Source: an uncultured Aquificaceae bacterium
Lineage (GTDB): Bacteria > Aquificota > Aquificia > Aquificales > Aquificaceae
Assembly: GCA_964342735.1 (NCBI GenBank)
Contig: CAYFGH010000002.1
Coordinates: 1 to 37,871 of the forward strand
Length of the DNA: 37,871 nt
Direction: 5' to 3'
The translations under genes were made by a program, and so were the position numbers. Within the stretch, counting starts at the first letter, position 1. Every line of letters begins with the position of its first letter. A model generated the notes under the pieces. The model saw nothing but the letters and a program-made list of their open reading frames with translations, was not told the DNA's origin and made no database searches. Positions 10,401-18,720 of this stretch are shown one piece after another.

Positions 10401-10474
10401 CTGATTTTGTGACAGGCGCTACCGCCAGAAACACCATCCCCGTAAGGATTGAGAAGATAAGAAGCTTAGCCTAA
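7406..10474 (+). CDS. ttrA: Mo-bisPGD oxidoreductase catalytic subunit, tetrathionate reductase TtrA family
   Basis: TRRKFL Tat motif; CIGCTTQC..GNPY..STVCARG; GGNLFGEG.V.GL; PAQAGNPFKRQ; 1022 aa, the size of TtrA. Confidence 0.82.
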   Translation: MNTTRRKFLLGVSAAGLGTMALGYLKTFKYLFTFGRRGPKPRFPIYGNVHLPEILKTKATTNENGNYVINKDYYYANTVCIGCTTQCGVRIKVDKKTGKVVRVFGNPYNLLSSDPWLPYDKPIKESIFWVSGINESGLKNRSTVCARGNVVFDKLYTRYRVTKPLKRVGPRGSHRWVEIEPEQLIQEIVNGGNLFGEGFVEGLKSIRDINTPIDPNNPEYGPKSNQLGILGTNDDGRKTFIVHRFVKAFGTVNFSGHTSMCGLAMRIGQAAYFGDFKKLPHAKPDFDNTEYILSIGTAPAQAGNPFKRQGKLLARARTEGPLKKIVVVTPTAVNTDNMAVDAKYEWVPIYPGQDLAFVMGLFRYIIENNLYNAPYLSIPSEEAMKAANEVSYTNATHLVIQDQGEDFGKILRDANGDPYVIDASTNSLQNAKNVRTAVLFVDQQVSLNGKTYHVKSAFQLLKEAAFEYSLDEYSQMCGVPKETIIRIAKEFTSYGRKATTDIHGGAMNTVGMYTAYAVAMLGAMVGNMNYKGGMAIKGGTYDAYKGPVYDLLDYDGKVKTHGVRIDRAGFKYQDTTEYKNKKAQGLNPYPAKDKWYPFSNAIESDWIASSAHGYPYSLKALITVNSNPAYAQSGFSNVIEYLKDPKKIPLFIAIDPFINETSTYADYIVPDTVLYEEWGAMAPWGAYLTKITTIRYPAIESPNAKFKNGETICAESFFIELGKALNLPGFGDNAIKGMDGKTYPLHRPHDFYLRAFENLAMQETPVPDATDEDIELAGLTNWVPLLKEINGPNWRKVATIMSRGGRYAPYETAYDGIYVNHKYKKILNIYNEELGTTKDAITGEYYHGVPKYIEGPICADGSSLWTKVDKNQFPLMAFGYKSNVLSSPNASSDKLRDIKLSTYIDINSKTAKEFGIKYGDLVKVSNPFGQYIIGIVRVKEGIMPGTIGIEHGLGRLAEGADTIYINNKKLPAMPLRQTGVNINMLGIQDPVRPKGHVLTDFVTGATARNTIPVRIEKIRSLA

Positions 10475-10479
10475 GCAGC

Positions 10480-10506
10480 AAGGGTGGTTTATCGCCACCC
10501 TTTATT
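10480..10506 (+). terminator. Intrinsic terminator after ttrA
   Basis: Stem AAGGGTGG/CCACCCTT followed by TATT, between convergent genes. Confidence 0.7.
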
Positions 10507-11206
10507 CATAAAGTTTTGATAATTTTAGTAAAAGCCTGAAAACGTTTGTGTTGTGCCTCATATGGATTCTTTTGAGTAAATAAGGATCATCGCCCTTTTT
10601 TATATGTCCAGAATTTACACTAAAAGCTAACTTATACCCAGCTTCTTTTACGGCGTCTATCACCCTATCGTCGTGATCTCCATAAGGATAGCAAAATGTA
10701 GTGATCTCTACACCAAGCTTATCTTCTAATATCTTTTTTGATAATTCTACCTCTTGTTTCAGGCTTTTATTATCAAGAGTAGATAACGGAGCATGGCTCA
10801 TGGCGTGAGAGCCTATCTCAAATCCCTCTTTCAAAGCGTTTTTTATATCTTCCCAAGAGGCTACTGGCTTTTTTACATTCAGTTTTTCAAAATCCCATTT
10901 GTTGTACTCTCCCACAAGGGCCACCGGTACAAATATTATAGCCTTAAAATTATACGTTTTAAGAACAGGTATGGCGTTTTCAAATACATCTTTATAAGCG
11001 TCGTCAAAGGTTATACATATGCTTTTGTGAAGGTCTTTACCGTTTATAAAATCTGTAAGCTCTTTTGAGTCTACGCTTTTAAACCCAAGTTTTTTAAGGG
11101 TTTTTATCTGTCTTTCAAAAAGCTTTGGATGTGTGTAGAGGCTTTTTAACTTTGCTTCTTCTGGTGGTATTCCTACGCTATGATACATGAGTGCTTTTAT
11201 GCTCAT
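10502..11206 (-). CDS. Polysaccharide deacetylase (CE4/NodB family)
   Basis: LMYH, ITFDDAY, EIGSHAMSH and FCYPYG. Confidence 0.9.
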   Translation of the reverse strand: MSIKALMYHSVGIPPEEAKLKSLYTHPKLFERQIKTLKKLGFKSVDSKELTDFINGKDLHKSICITFDDAYKDVFENAIPVLKTYNFKAIIFVPVALVGEYNKWDFEKLNVKKPVASWEDIKNALKEGFEIGSHAMSHAPLSTLDNKSLKQEVELSKKILEDKLGVEITTFCYPYGDHDDRVIDAVKEAGYKLAFSVNSGHIKKGDDPYLLKRIHMRHNTNVFRLLLKLSKLYE

Positions 11207-11940
11207 AGTATGTATATCTTTATAAAATAGTATACAGTCAAGCTATAACCTATAACGCTTACTAAAAGCCTTACATATTTTCTATCTATCTTCTGAGAGA
11301 TTAAAGAAGAACTAAGACCACCAAGAGCAAAACCAATCATCATAATAACCCCATAATGCCATTCTACCTCTCCGTACAAGGAAAATAAGATAGCTGCACT
11401 CAGATTTATCAAAAATGCTAGAGAATTTTTTATGGCGTTTGCTACATGGATATCGCTTACACCTATAGCCACTATGCTTCCAAGCATTACTATACCTATT
11501 CCAGCACCGAAGTATCCGCCGTAGACAGCCGTTAGAAACTGTATTAAAAATATGTATCTGGTTTTTATATTAGATGTAAACTTTGATATTTTAGCACCAA
11601 AGCTAAATAGTATTGTAGCAAAAAGGATAAGAAAGGGCACTATAAAATTAAATAAAGTCTGGGATGTATACAAAAGCAAGTATCCACCCGTTATTCCACC
11701 TGCGATAGATGGTATGATGAGTTTTTTTATCGTGGGTAGCGCTTGTTTAAAATAATTTTTATAACCAAAAGCCCCAAGCAGGGATCCAGTCCATAGGGCT
11801 ACTGTGTTTGTAGTGTTTGAGGTTTTTGAAGAAAGTCCAAGCTCTATGAGGGTGGGAAAGCTAATGAGAGTACCACCCCCAGCCACCGCATTTATCCCCC
11901 CAGCCAGTATAGATGATAAAAACGCTAAAAGATAATGCAT
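11203..11940 (-). CDS. TauE/SafE (TSUP) family permease
   Basis: GGINAVAGGGTLISFP and YGGYFGAGIG motifs; about 8 TMs. Confidence 0.88.
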   Translation of the reverse strand: MHYLLAFLSSILAGGINAVAGGGTLISFPTLIELGLSSKTSNTTNTVALWTGSLLGAFGYKNYFKQALPTIKKLIIPSIAGGITGGYLLLYTSQTLFNFIVPFLILFATILFSFGAKISKFTSNIKTRYIFLIQFLTAVYGGYFGAGIGIVMLGSIVAIGVSDIHVANAIKNSLAFLINLSAAILFSLYGEVEWHYGVIMMIGFALGGLSSSLISQKIDRKYVRLLVSVIGYSLTVYYFIKIYIL

Positions 11941-13808
11941 TATTCTTTGGTATTTTTAGGCTTGTAGGAGCCAGCTCTATACTCTATGATAAAGTTCCAG
12001 TTGGGAAACTGCTTTGGCATTTGAAGTATGTTGTATACCATCACACCTGTGAATATACGCTCAAACCAGGATGACAGCGGCCATCCAAAGTGTATTGTAA
12101 AGGTTTTGCTGGGATATTGCTCCTTTATAGCTTCTAAAAGTTTTTTTGTGCTGTATCCTATGCCCCAGAAGGCGTTTACCGGAAGTATAAAATGGCTTTT
12201 GAAGAGTTTTTTAGGCGGTCTTTTCTGCCTTAAGAAGAAAAAGGTTATATATATCATATTATCGCCTATCTCCTGGACATTTTCTGAGGGTCTTCTAAAG
12301 AATATATGTATAGGCTTATCTTCTGGTAGTTTGCCTATATAATCCACCACATCTGCATATTTATCTATCTGGGCTATTTTCTCTTCTTCCTCGGTGGTTT
12401 TTATCCTGGTTATAATGTTTCCAGCTATTATAAAAAATGCCACCACAAACGTCCACATTGCAGTGCCGTAAGGTTTATGTATGACTATGTATATAAATGT
12501 GGATAAGAATATTGTGAATAGAATAATGTTTCTAAGTATACCTGTTCTATACTCTTTGGTTTGAGCGCTTCCTCTTACTATTTTATAAAGTATTATAGTG
12601 CCGGTATTTATAACAAACGTTGCTATAAGCCCTATGGCATACATATCTGCTACTATATCCTGGTTTCCCTGGGTTATTAAGACTATAAAAGAGAAGAATA
12701 TACTCATGAATATTATGATGCGATAATGGGCATGAAACCTGTTCTCTTTTGATATCCAGTAAGCTTTATGATTGTCAGCCATCGTGGATATGAGTTCTGT
12801 GGCACCGACAAGAGCAGTGTTCACAGCGAATGCAAGCGTTAAAGATGCCAGTATCACCACAGCTATAGCCATTATGTTTGTGCCCACCAGCTGGGAGTAG
12901 TATGTGATGAGATCATCCACATGATCCAGCGGGTTTTCTACCCTTGCCAGGGCCAGTGTGCCTATTAATGGTGTAAAGATACCTACTGTGAGACCTAGCA
13001 TTATGTAAGCTTTGTATATGGTTTTCCAGTTTTCTACAAGCTTATGTGTTTGAAGCACAGATTCTATACCAGAGTAAGCCAAAATCGTTGAACCAAAACC
13101 AATGGATATGAGCTCTATAGTTTTTACAGGGTCAAGGGTCAGAAAATCCTGAGATAGTGTGGTTTTGTAAGAATCTACTATTTTGTTTATCTGTGCATGA
13201 TCTAAGTTTGATATGCCTAAAAATGCCAGAACGGTGAGCACGTAAGCTGTTATTGCAAAAAGAGCGTATGTCACCTTTGCATTTTCTCTTGCCCCCAATA
13301 GATTTAATATAGCAATTAGCCATATTATTAAAAGCTCCAAACCTAATTTAAACACAAGTGGCCAGTGGAAGAAGAAATTTAAGTTTTCTACAGCGCTTAT
13401 AGACGACATCACAGCGGTGTTTACATAATCTACTATGATAGAACCTGCTGCTATAAAAGAAGCCGTAGCGCCAAATACAAAGTAAGAGAAACTGTATACA
13501 CCGCCACCTTTTATCTTGTTGTTTTCTAAAATCTCTGCTATCTCTGTCATCGTAAGAGAGTATAAGAAGATTAAAAGGGATGTTAAAGAAAGATACGTTA
13601 TAGCTTTATAACCTATGAACCTGAAAGCCTCACCCGGTGCATAAAATATGCTGGTGAGCTCATCCATCATCGTAATGACTGCAACCCCAGCAAACCCAAG
13701 CCATAATTTTCCCTTTTTGGTGTAATAAAGGTATTCTCTTTTTCTTGTTAGAAAATAAAGTGCCGCACTCACCAGAATGATGGCTAGCAAAACGGGGATG
13801 ATTTTCAT
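11940..13808 (-). CDS. APC-superfamily transporter, KimA/YdaO (KUP)-like, probable K+/H+ symporter
   Basis: D-x6-Y in TM1 (DELTSIFY), GGGVY, IIVDY, SGIES and MYAIG match KimA motifs. Cytoplasmic C-terminal domain; SD AAGGAGG. Confidence 0.7.
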   Translation of the reverse strand: MKIIPVLLAIILVSAALYFLTRKREYLYYTKKGKLWLGFAGVAVITMMDELTSIFYAPGEAFRFIGYKAITYLSLTSLLIFLYSLTMTEIAEILENNKIKGGGVYSFSYFVFGATASFIAAGSIIVDYVNTAVMSSISAVENLNFFFHWPLVFKLGLELLIIWLIAILNLLGARENAKVTYALFAITAYVLTVLAFLGISNLDHAQINKIVDSYKTTLSQDFLTLDPVKTIELISIGFGSTILAYSGIESVLQTHKLVENWKTIYKAYIMLGLTVGIFTPLIGTLALARVENPLDHVDDLITYYSQLVGTNIMAIAVVILASLTLAFAVNTALVGATELISTMADNHKAYWISKENRFHAHYRIIIFMSIFFSFIVLITQGNQDIVADMYAIGLIATFVINTGTIILYKIVRGSAQTKEYRTGILRNIILFTIFLSTFIYIVIHKPYGTAMWTFVVAFFIIAGNIITRIKTTEEEEKIAQIDKYADVVDYIGKLPEDKPIHIFFRRPSENVQEIGDNMIYITFFFLRQKRPPKKLFKSHFILPVNAFWGIGYSTKKLLEAIKEQYPSKTFTIHFGWPLSSWFERIFTGVMVYNILQMPKQFPNWNFIIEYRAGSYKPKNTKE

Positions 13809-13818
13809 AAAACCCTCC

Positions 13819-13998
13819 TTATTTCTTAAATAAATCCAGGAATATGATGACTCCTATAAGTATTGTTTCCGTTATTACTCCAAAAATAAACTGAGATTTG
13901 CTGGTATAGGGTTTTAATATCACTACTAAAAGCCCATAAACTATAGCTATAACTGTAAGGACTTTTTGATTTGAAAGCTTCTTAAATAAATCGTTCAT
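13819..13998 (-). CDS. Small 2-TM hypothetical protein (59 aa), absent from the ORF track
   Basis: MNDLFKKLSNQKVLTVIAIVYGLLVVILKPYTSKSQFIFGVITETILIGVIIFLDLFKK*. ATGA overlap with the upstream stop; its TAA overlaps the SD of the next gene; it fills the gap between the two. Confidence 0.75.
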   Translation of the reverse strand: MNDLFKKLSNQKVLTVIAIVYGLLVVILKPYTSKSQFIFGVITETILIGVIIFLDLFKK

Positions 13999-14750
13999 AA
14001 TACTATTTTAGCACCGTCAAAGGCTGCTATGGTTTTTACGTTTGTTTTGTCCTCTATCTCTTTTGCCACATTTTCTGGGGATTTTTCCAGCATATCCGAT
14101 GCAAAATGTGTGATGATTGCCATCTTTGGTTTTACTATATTTATTATCTCTATCACGTCATCTTTGCAAAGATGGTCTATGTTTTCTCGCTTTTTATAAA
14201 ATGTTGTATTTAGTATTATGGTATCTATGTTTTTAGGGTAATGCTCTACCACTTCTGGTTCAAACTTTGCACAAGGGTGATACGCTATCTTATCGTTAAA
14301 CACTAGCCCATACGTTATGGCCCCGTGATGTGTATGTCTTTTCAGTACGTTTATCTTTATATCTTTCCAGTGGTAAGTGGTATTTTCTTTAAAGATAAAA
14401 TGCTTTTCTGTCTTTTTTATTATAAAATCTAAAATAACTTTGGAGCTTCCAATAAAAGCATCCTCTGGAGCGCCTATAGCTATTTCTTTGTTGTTGTCTT
14501 TTGAGCCAACCTTTGCTGATTCTATCATCGTATTTATATCAGCCGAATGATCTAAGTGTATGTGAGATAGTATAAATATGTCCATATCCCAGGGTTTAAA
14601 ACCCAGTGGTAATATATTTAGAAATGCTCCAGGACCAGGGTCTATGTGAGCTAACGTGTTTTGTGCTTTTATTATGAAACCACCTGATTTTCTTATGTAT
14701 TTAAAAGTAGAAACACGGCCACCGGCCGTGCCTACAAAGTATATATCTAT
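13995..14750 (-). CDS. MBL-fold metallo-hydrolase (RNase Z/PhnP-like), probable ATA start
   Basis: The frame extends 55 codons above ATG 14585 (IDIYFVGTAGGR...IDPGPGA...SHIHLDH). AGGAGG lies 8 nt before ATA 14750, and an in-frame TAG lies 5 codons upstream. Confidence 0.82.
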   Translation of the reverse strand: MDIYFVGTAGGRVSTFKYIRKSGGFIIKAQNTLAHIDPGPGAFLNILPLGFKPWDMDIFILSHIHLDHSADINTMIESAKVGSKDNNKEIAIGAPEDAFIGSSKVILDFIIKKTEKHFIFKENTTYHWKDIKINVLKRHTHHGAITYGLVFNDKIAYHPCAKFEPEVVEHYPKNIDTIILNTTFYKKRENIDHLCKDDVIEIINIVKPKMAIITHFASDMLEKSPENVAKEIEDKTNVKTIAAFDGAKIVL

Positions 14751-14770
14751 AACGACGTCCTCCTAAGAGG

Positions 14771-14983
14771 TCAGTCCTCTATTACTTCTGTGCTGATGGC
14801 ACCGCTTGGGCACTCATCGGTGACTTCCAAAACCGCATCTTGGAGTTCTGGCGGCACGTCCGATTGGATAACTTCAGCTATGCCGTCTCCGCGGTTTTTA
14901 TATATCTCAGGGACCCTATCGTAGCACACTTCGCAAGCGGTGCATAAGTCAGGGTCAACTATCGTTTTAACGATTTTTGCCAT
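14771..14983 (-). CDS. Monocluster [4Fe-4S] ferredoxin
   Basis: CTACEVC...ECPSGAI; acidic, 70 aa; SD AAGGAGGT. Confidence 0.92.
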   Translation of the reverse strand: MAKIVKTIVDPDLCTACEVCYDRVPEIYKNRGDGIAEVIQSDVPPELQDAVLEVTDECPSGAISTEVIED

Positions 14984-15052
14984 AGCAAAATACCTCCTTT
15001 AGAATAGTCATATTATAATATACCAATTTGTTAATGTCTGCTATCTTTTTTA

Positions 15053-15928
15053 TCATCTTAAAGCGTCAGCTATTGTTTTACCTATGAAAGCTGGGTTTTC
15101 TATGACGGTTACTCCGGCGTCTTTCAGAGCTTTCATCTTAGATTCCGCAGTTCCTTTTCCACCGCTTATAATAGCTCCAGCGTGTCCCATCCTTTTTCCA
15201 GGCGGGGCTGTAATGCCTGCTATGTAAGCAAATACCGGTTTTTTAACGTTTGAAGCTATGTACTCAGCAGCTTCTTCTTCGGAAGTTCCTCCTATTTCAC
15301 CTATCATTAGTATAGCCTTTGTTTCTTCGTCTTCGTTGAAAAGTGCTATAACATCTTTATGAGATAAGCCATGTACAGGGTCGCCACCTATACCTATGGC
15401 GCTGGACTGTCCTATGCCTAAATTTGATAGCTGAAAAGCAGCTTCATAAGTGAGCGTTCCACTTCTTGATACTATGCCAACGTTTCCTTTTTTAAATATG
15501 TGTCCTGGCATAATGCCAACTTTCGCCTCTTCTGGTGTGATAGCCCCTGGACAGTTTGGACCTATGAGCTTTGTATTTGGATAGTTCTTTTTAAGGTAAT
15601 ATTTCACCGGTATCATATCTTTTACAGGGATGCCTTCGGTTATGCATATTATAAGCTCAATGCCAGCATCCGCTGCTTCCACTATAGCATCCGCTGCAAA
15701 AGGTGGTGGTACGAATATGAGAGAACAGTTAGCTCCTGTGTTTTTTACCGCATTTTCTACCGTATTAAATACCGGAATGCCCTCTACTTCTATCCCTTCT
15801 TTTCCAGGTGTTACACCCGCTACTACCTTTGTACCGTAATTTTTACATTGTATGGCGTGAAAAGAGCCTTCTTTTCCTGTTATACCCTGAACCACTACTT
15901 TTGTATCTTTGTTAACCAGTATAGACAT
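15053..15928 (-). CDS. sucD: Succinyl-CoA synthetase alpha subunit
   Basis: [33 protein letters not shown] and MGHAGA. The start at 15928 follows SD AAGGAGG. Confidence 0.95.
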   Translation of the reverse strand: MSILVNKDTKVVVQGITGKEGSFHAIQCKNYGTKVVAGVTPGKEGIEVEGIPVFNTVENAVKNTGANCSLIFVPPPFAADAIVEAADAGIELIICITEGIPVKDMIPVKYYLKKNYPNTKLIGPNCPGAITPEEAKVGIMPGHIFKKGNVGIVSRSGTLTYEAAFQLSNLGIGQSSAIGIGGDPVHGLSHKDVIALFNEDEETKAILMIGEIGGTSEEEAAEYIASNVKKPVFAYIAGITAPPGKRMGHAGAIISGGKGTAESKMKALKDAGVTVIENPAFIGKTIADALR

Positions 15929-15939
15929 ATAAACCTCCT

Positions 15940-17088
15940 TTACTGTGCAAGCTTTATAGCCTTTTGGGCGCCGTCCCACATATCCACAGCGCTTTCAAAG
16001 TTGAGTCCTGATTCTTTTAAAAGCTTTCTTCCTTCTTCTACGTTTGTACCTTCTAACCTTACAACCACAGGAACTTTTACGTTTACTATCTTGGCAGCTT
16101 CTATAAGCCCCTGGGCCAATCTATCGCACCTTAATATTCCACCAAATATATTTATGAATACAGCCTTTACGTTTTCATCAGACGTTAATATCCTGAAAGC
16201 GTTTGCTATCTGTTCTACAGATGCTCCGCCACCCACATCTAAAAAGTTTGCTGGAGCTCCACCCGCTAGTTTTATGATGTCCATAGTGGTCATTGCAAGG
16301 CCAGCACCGTTTACCATACATCCTATGTTGCCCTCTAATTTTATATAATTCAAGCCGTATTTTTTGGCCTCCACTTCAAGGGGGTCTATCTGGGTAATAT
16401 CTTCTAACTCCTCTATATCTTTGTGTCTGAAGGCTGCGTTGTCATCTATCTCTACTTTTGCATCCAGAAGCACTATATCTCCATCTTTTGTAAGCACTAA
16501 AGGATTTATTTCAACAAGAGAAGCATCAAGATCCATATATGCCTGGTAAAGCTTGGTGACTATCTTGCTAAATACGTTAGGGTTTAAACCAAGCTCAAAG
16601 GATAATTTTCTGGCCTGATAAGGCATTATACCAAGGGCTGGGTCTACGTACTCTTTTATGATGGCGTCTGGTTTTTCCTTTGATAGTTCTTCTATTTCCA
16701 TACCACCTTCTTTTGAAGCCATTACGAGTATCTTTGAATTTGATCTGTCAAGGGTGATACTCAAATAAAACTCTTTTTCTATAGGTGTGGCTTTTTCTAT
16801 TAAAAGCCTTGAAACTATTTTACCGCTTGGACATTGAACGGTCTTTAAAACTTTGCCCAGTATGGCTTCTGAAAAGGCCTCTAGCTCTTCGTCTGATTTT
16901 ACTATCTTCACACCGCCTGCTTTACCTCTAGCTCCGCAGTGAATCTGGGCTTTTACCACCAGTGGATAACCACCTAGAGCCTGAGCAGCTTCTTTTGCCT
17001 CTTTTATGTTGAAGGCAGCGTAACCTTCTGGTATGGGCAGACCATATTTTTTGAGCAGTTCTTTAGACTGATGCTCATGCAGTTTCAT
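15940..17088 (-). CDS. sucC: Succinyl-CoA synthetase beta subunit
   Basis: [39 protein letters not shown] and RLEGTN. Confidence 0.95.
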   Translation of the reverse strand: MKLHEHQSKELLKKYGLPIPEGYAAFNIKEAKEAAQALGGYPLVVKAQIHCGARGKAGGVKIVKSDEELEAFSEAILGKVLKTVQCPSGKIVSRLLIEKATPIEKEFYLSITLDRSNSKILVMASKEGGMEIEELSKEKPDAIIKEYVDPALGIMPYQARKLSFELGLNPNVFSKIVTKLYQAYMDLDASLVEINPLVLTKDGDIVLLDAKVEIDDNAAFRHKDIEELEDITQIDPLEVEAKKYGLNYIKLEGNIGCMVNGAGLAMTTMDIIKLAGGAPANFLDVGGGASVEQIANAFRILTSDENVKAVFINIFGGILRCDRLAQGLIEAAKIVNVKVPVVVRLEGTNVEEGRKLLKESGLNFESAVDMWDGAQKAIKLAQ

Positions 17089-17117
17089 AGAAAACCTCCA
17101 GATAAGATTAGACTAAT

Positions 17118-17126
17118 ATTATATCA
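17118..17126 (-). promoter_or_regulatory. Extended -10 promoter (TGaTATAAT) for sucCD
   Basis: Consensus TGnTATAAT about 30 nt upstream of the sucC ATG. Confidence 0.6.
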
Positions 17127-17245
17127 AATTTATGATATTTTATGAGTCCAGTATGCCGAAATGCAAATCCAAATTTATTAATTGTGTGTTTGCGATATAT
17201 CAAATTAGAGTATAATAATTATTTAATCAAATCTGGAGGCAAAGC

Positions 17246-17692
17246 ATGGATGTTTTAGAAATTATGAAGATAATCCCTCACAGATATCCGCTTTTACTGG
17301 TGGATAAGATATTGGAGATGGAGCTTGGGAAACGTATAGTGGGTCTTAAGAATGTGAGTATGAACGAGCCTTTTTTCCAGGGACATTTTCCTGGATATCC
17401 TCTGATGCCGGGTGTTTACATGCTTGAGGCTATGGCACAGGTGGGTGGAATCCTCATGATAAAAAGTCTTGGGCTTGAAATAGGAAAATATGCAGTGGTG
17501 TTTGCAGGTATAGATGAGGCAAGGTTCAAAAGACCCGTTTATCCCGGAGACCAGCTTATTATGGAACTGGAGACCATATCCCTTAAGAAAACCATATCCA
17601 AGATGAAAGGAGTGGCGAAGGTGGACGGTCAGATAGTGGCAGAAGCAGTGCTCATGGCTGCTGCAAGAGAACTTGAGGCCATCAAAAAATGA
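17246..17692 (+). CDS. fabZ: 3-hydroxyacyl-ACP dehydratase
   Basis: [20 protein letters not shown] and PGV..LEAMAQ. Confidence 0.97.
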   Translation: MDVLEIMKIIPHRYPLLLVDKILEMELGKRIVGLKNVSMNEPFFQGHFPGYPLMPGVYMLEAMAQVGGILMIKSLGLEIGKYAVVFAGIDEARFKRPVYPGDQLIMELETISLKKTISKMKGVAKVDGQIVAEAVLMAAARELEAIKK

Positions 17693-18720
17693 GGGTTTTA
17701 TACACCTTCAAAAAGCCCTGGTATTATCACATGGCCCTTGATTCTACCCTTCTTATGCTAAAAGCCCAAAACAAGATTCCAAACACCCTGAGGTTTTTAA
17801 GCTTTGAACCAGAATGTGTATTGATAGGGTACCATCAAAATCCCCATCAAGAGGTAAATATAGAACTATGTGAAAACATGAATATAGACATAGGAAGAAG
17901 AAGAACCGGAGGCGGAGCGATATACTTTAACAAAGAACAGATAGGATGGGAGATAGTGGCATCTTTGAAGGATTTTAATATAAAAGATTACGAAGAGCTC
18001 TCCAGATACATGTGTGAAAGGGTTGCAAAAGCCCTATCCAGTTTTGGAGTAGAAGCTAAGTACAGACCAAGAAACGACATCGAGATAAACGGCAAAAAGA
18101 TATCCGGCACAGGCGGGGTTTTACAAGAGGGCGCTTTTTTATACCAGGGTACCATACTTATAGATTTTGACCCGGATAAGATGGCATCGCTTTTAAAAAT
18201 CCCCTACGAAAAGCTTCAGGACAAAAACATATCCTCTGCAAGAGAAAGGGTCACCTCTTTAAAACAGGAGCTTGGTTATGCTCCAAGTTTTGATGAGATT
18301 ACAAAAGCTATAGAAGAGGTTTTTAAAGATTTTGGTTTAGAAGAGGGCAATCTCAGCGAAGAAGAAGAGCTTATGGTAGAAAACATTTCAAAGGAACTAA
18401 ACTCCAGGGAATGGGTGTTCGCCAACGAAGAACAGGAAAAGCTTATAGACATAAAAACAGTTCGTACAAAAGGAGGCACCTTCAAGATAGGTTTTAAGAT
18501 AGACAGTGCAAAAAAACTACTGGAATACATCGTTATAAACGGAGATTTCTTTGCTACTCCCCCAAGCGCCATAAAAGATCTAGAAAGCTATCTCAAGTTT
18601 TCTTACTTTGATGAGATTCCAGAAAGGGTAAAAGAGTTTTTCGCCAGCACCAGAGCAAGCATATCTTTTATGACAGATGAGGATATAGCAAACCTTATCC
18701 TGAAAGCCATAAATGAATAA
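17689..18720 (+). CDS. Lipoate-protein ligase A family protein
   Basis: [31 protein letters not shown] and a C-terminal INGDFF domain. Confidence 0.85.
   Translation: MRVLYTFKKPWYYHMALDSTLLMLKAQNKIPNTLRFLSFEPECVLIGYHQNPHQEVNIELCENMNIDIGRRRTGGGAIYFNKEQIGWEIVASLKDFNIKDYEELSRYMCERVAKALSSFGVEAKYRPRNDIEINGKKISGTGGVLQEGAFLYQGTILIDFDPDKMASLLKIPYEKLQDKNISSARERVTSLKQELGYAPSFDEITKAIEEVFKDFGLEEGNLSEEEELMVENISKELNSREWVFANEEQEKLIDIKTVRTKGGTFKIGFKIDSAKKLLEYIVINGDFFATPPSAIKDLESYLKFSYFDEIPERVKEFFASTRASISFMTDEDIANLILKAINE

Noticed and set aside
14714-14730. Perfect 7-bp hairpin CACGGCC-ACC-GGCCGTG
   Set aside because: It lies in the conserved GTAGGR codons, has no U-tract, and can be explained by coding content.
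15929-15979. 17-aa N-terminal extension of sucD in the ORF track
   Set aside because: It overlaps sucC; the SD and conserved N-terminus indicate ATG 15928.
15500-16348. 282-aa plus-strand ORF
   Set aside because: Antisense shadow of sucC/sucD with no recognisable motifs.
15053-17088. Possible citryl-CoA synthetase instead of succinyl-CoA synthetase
   Set aside because: Sizes (382 and 291 aa) and the NGAGLAM and GGILRCD motifs match ordinary SucC/SucD.
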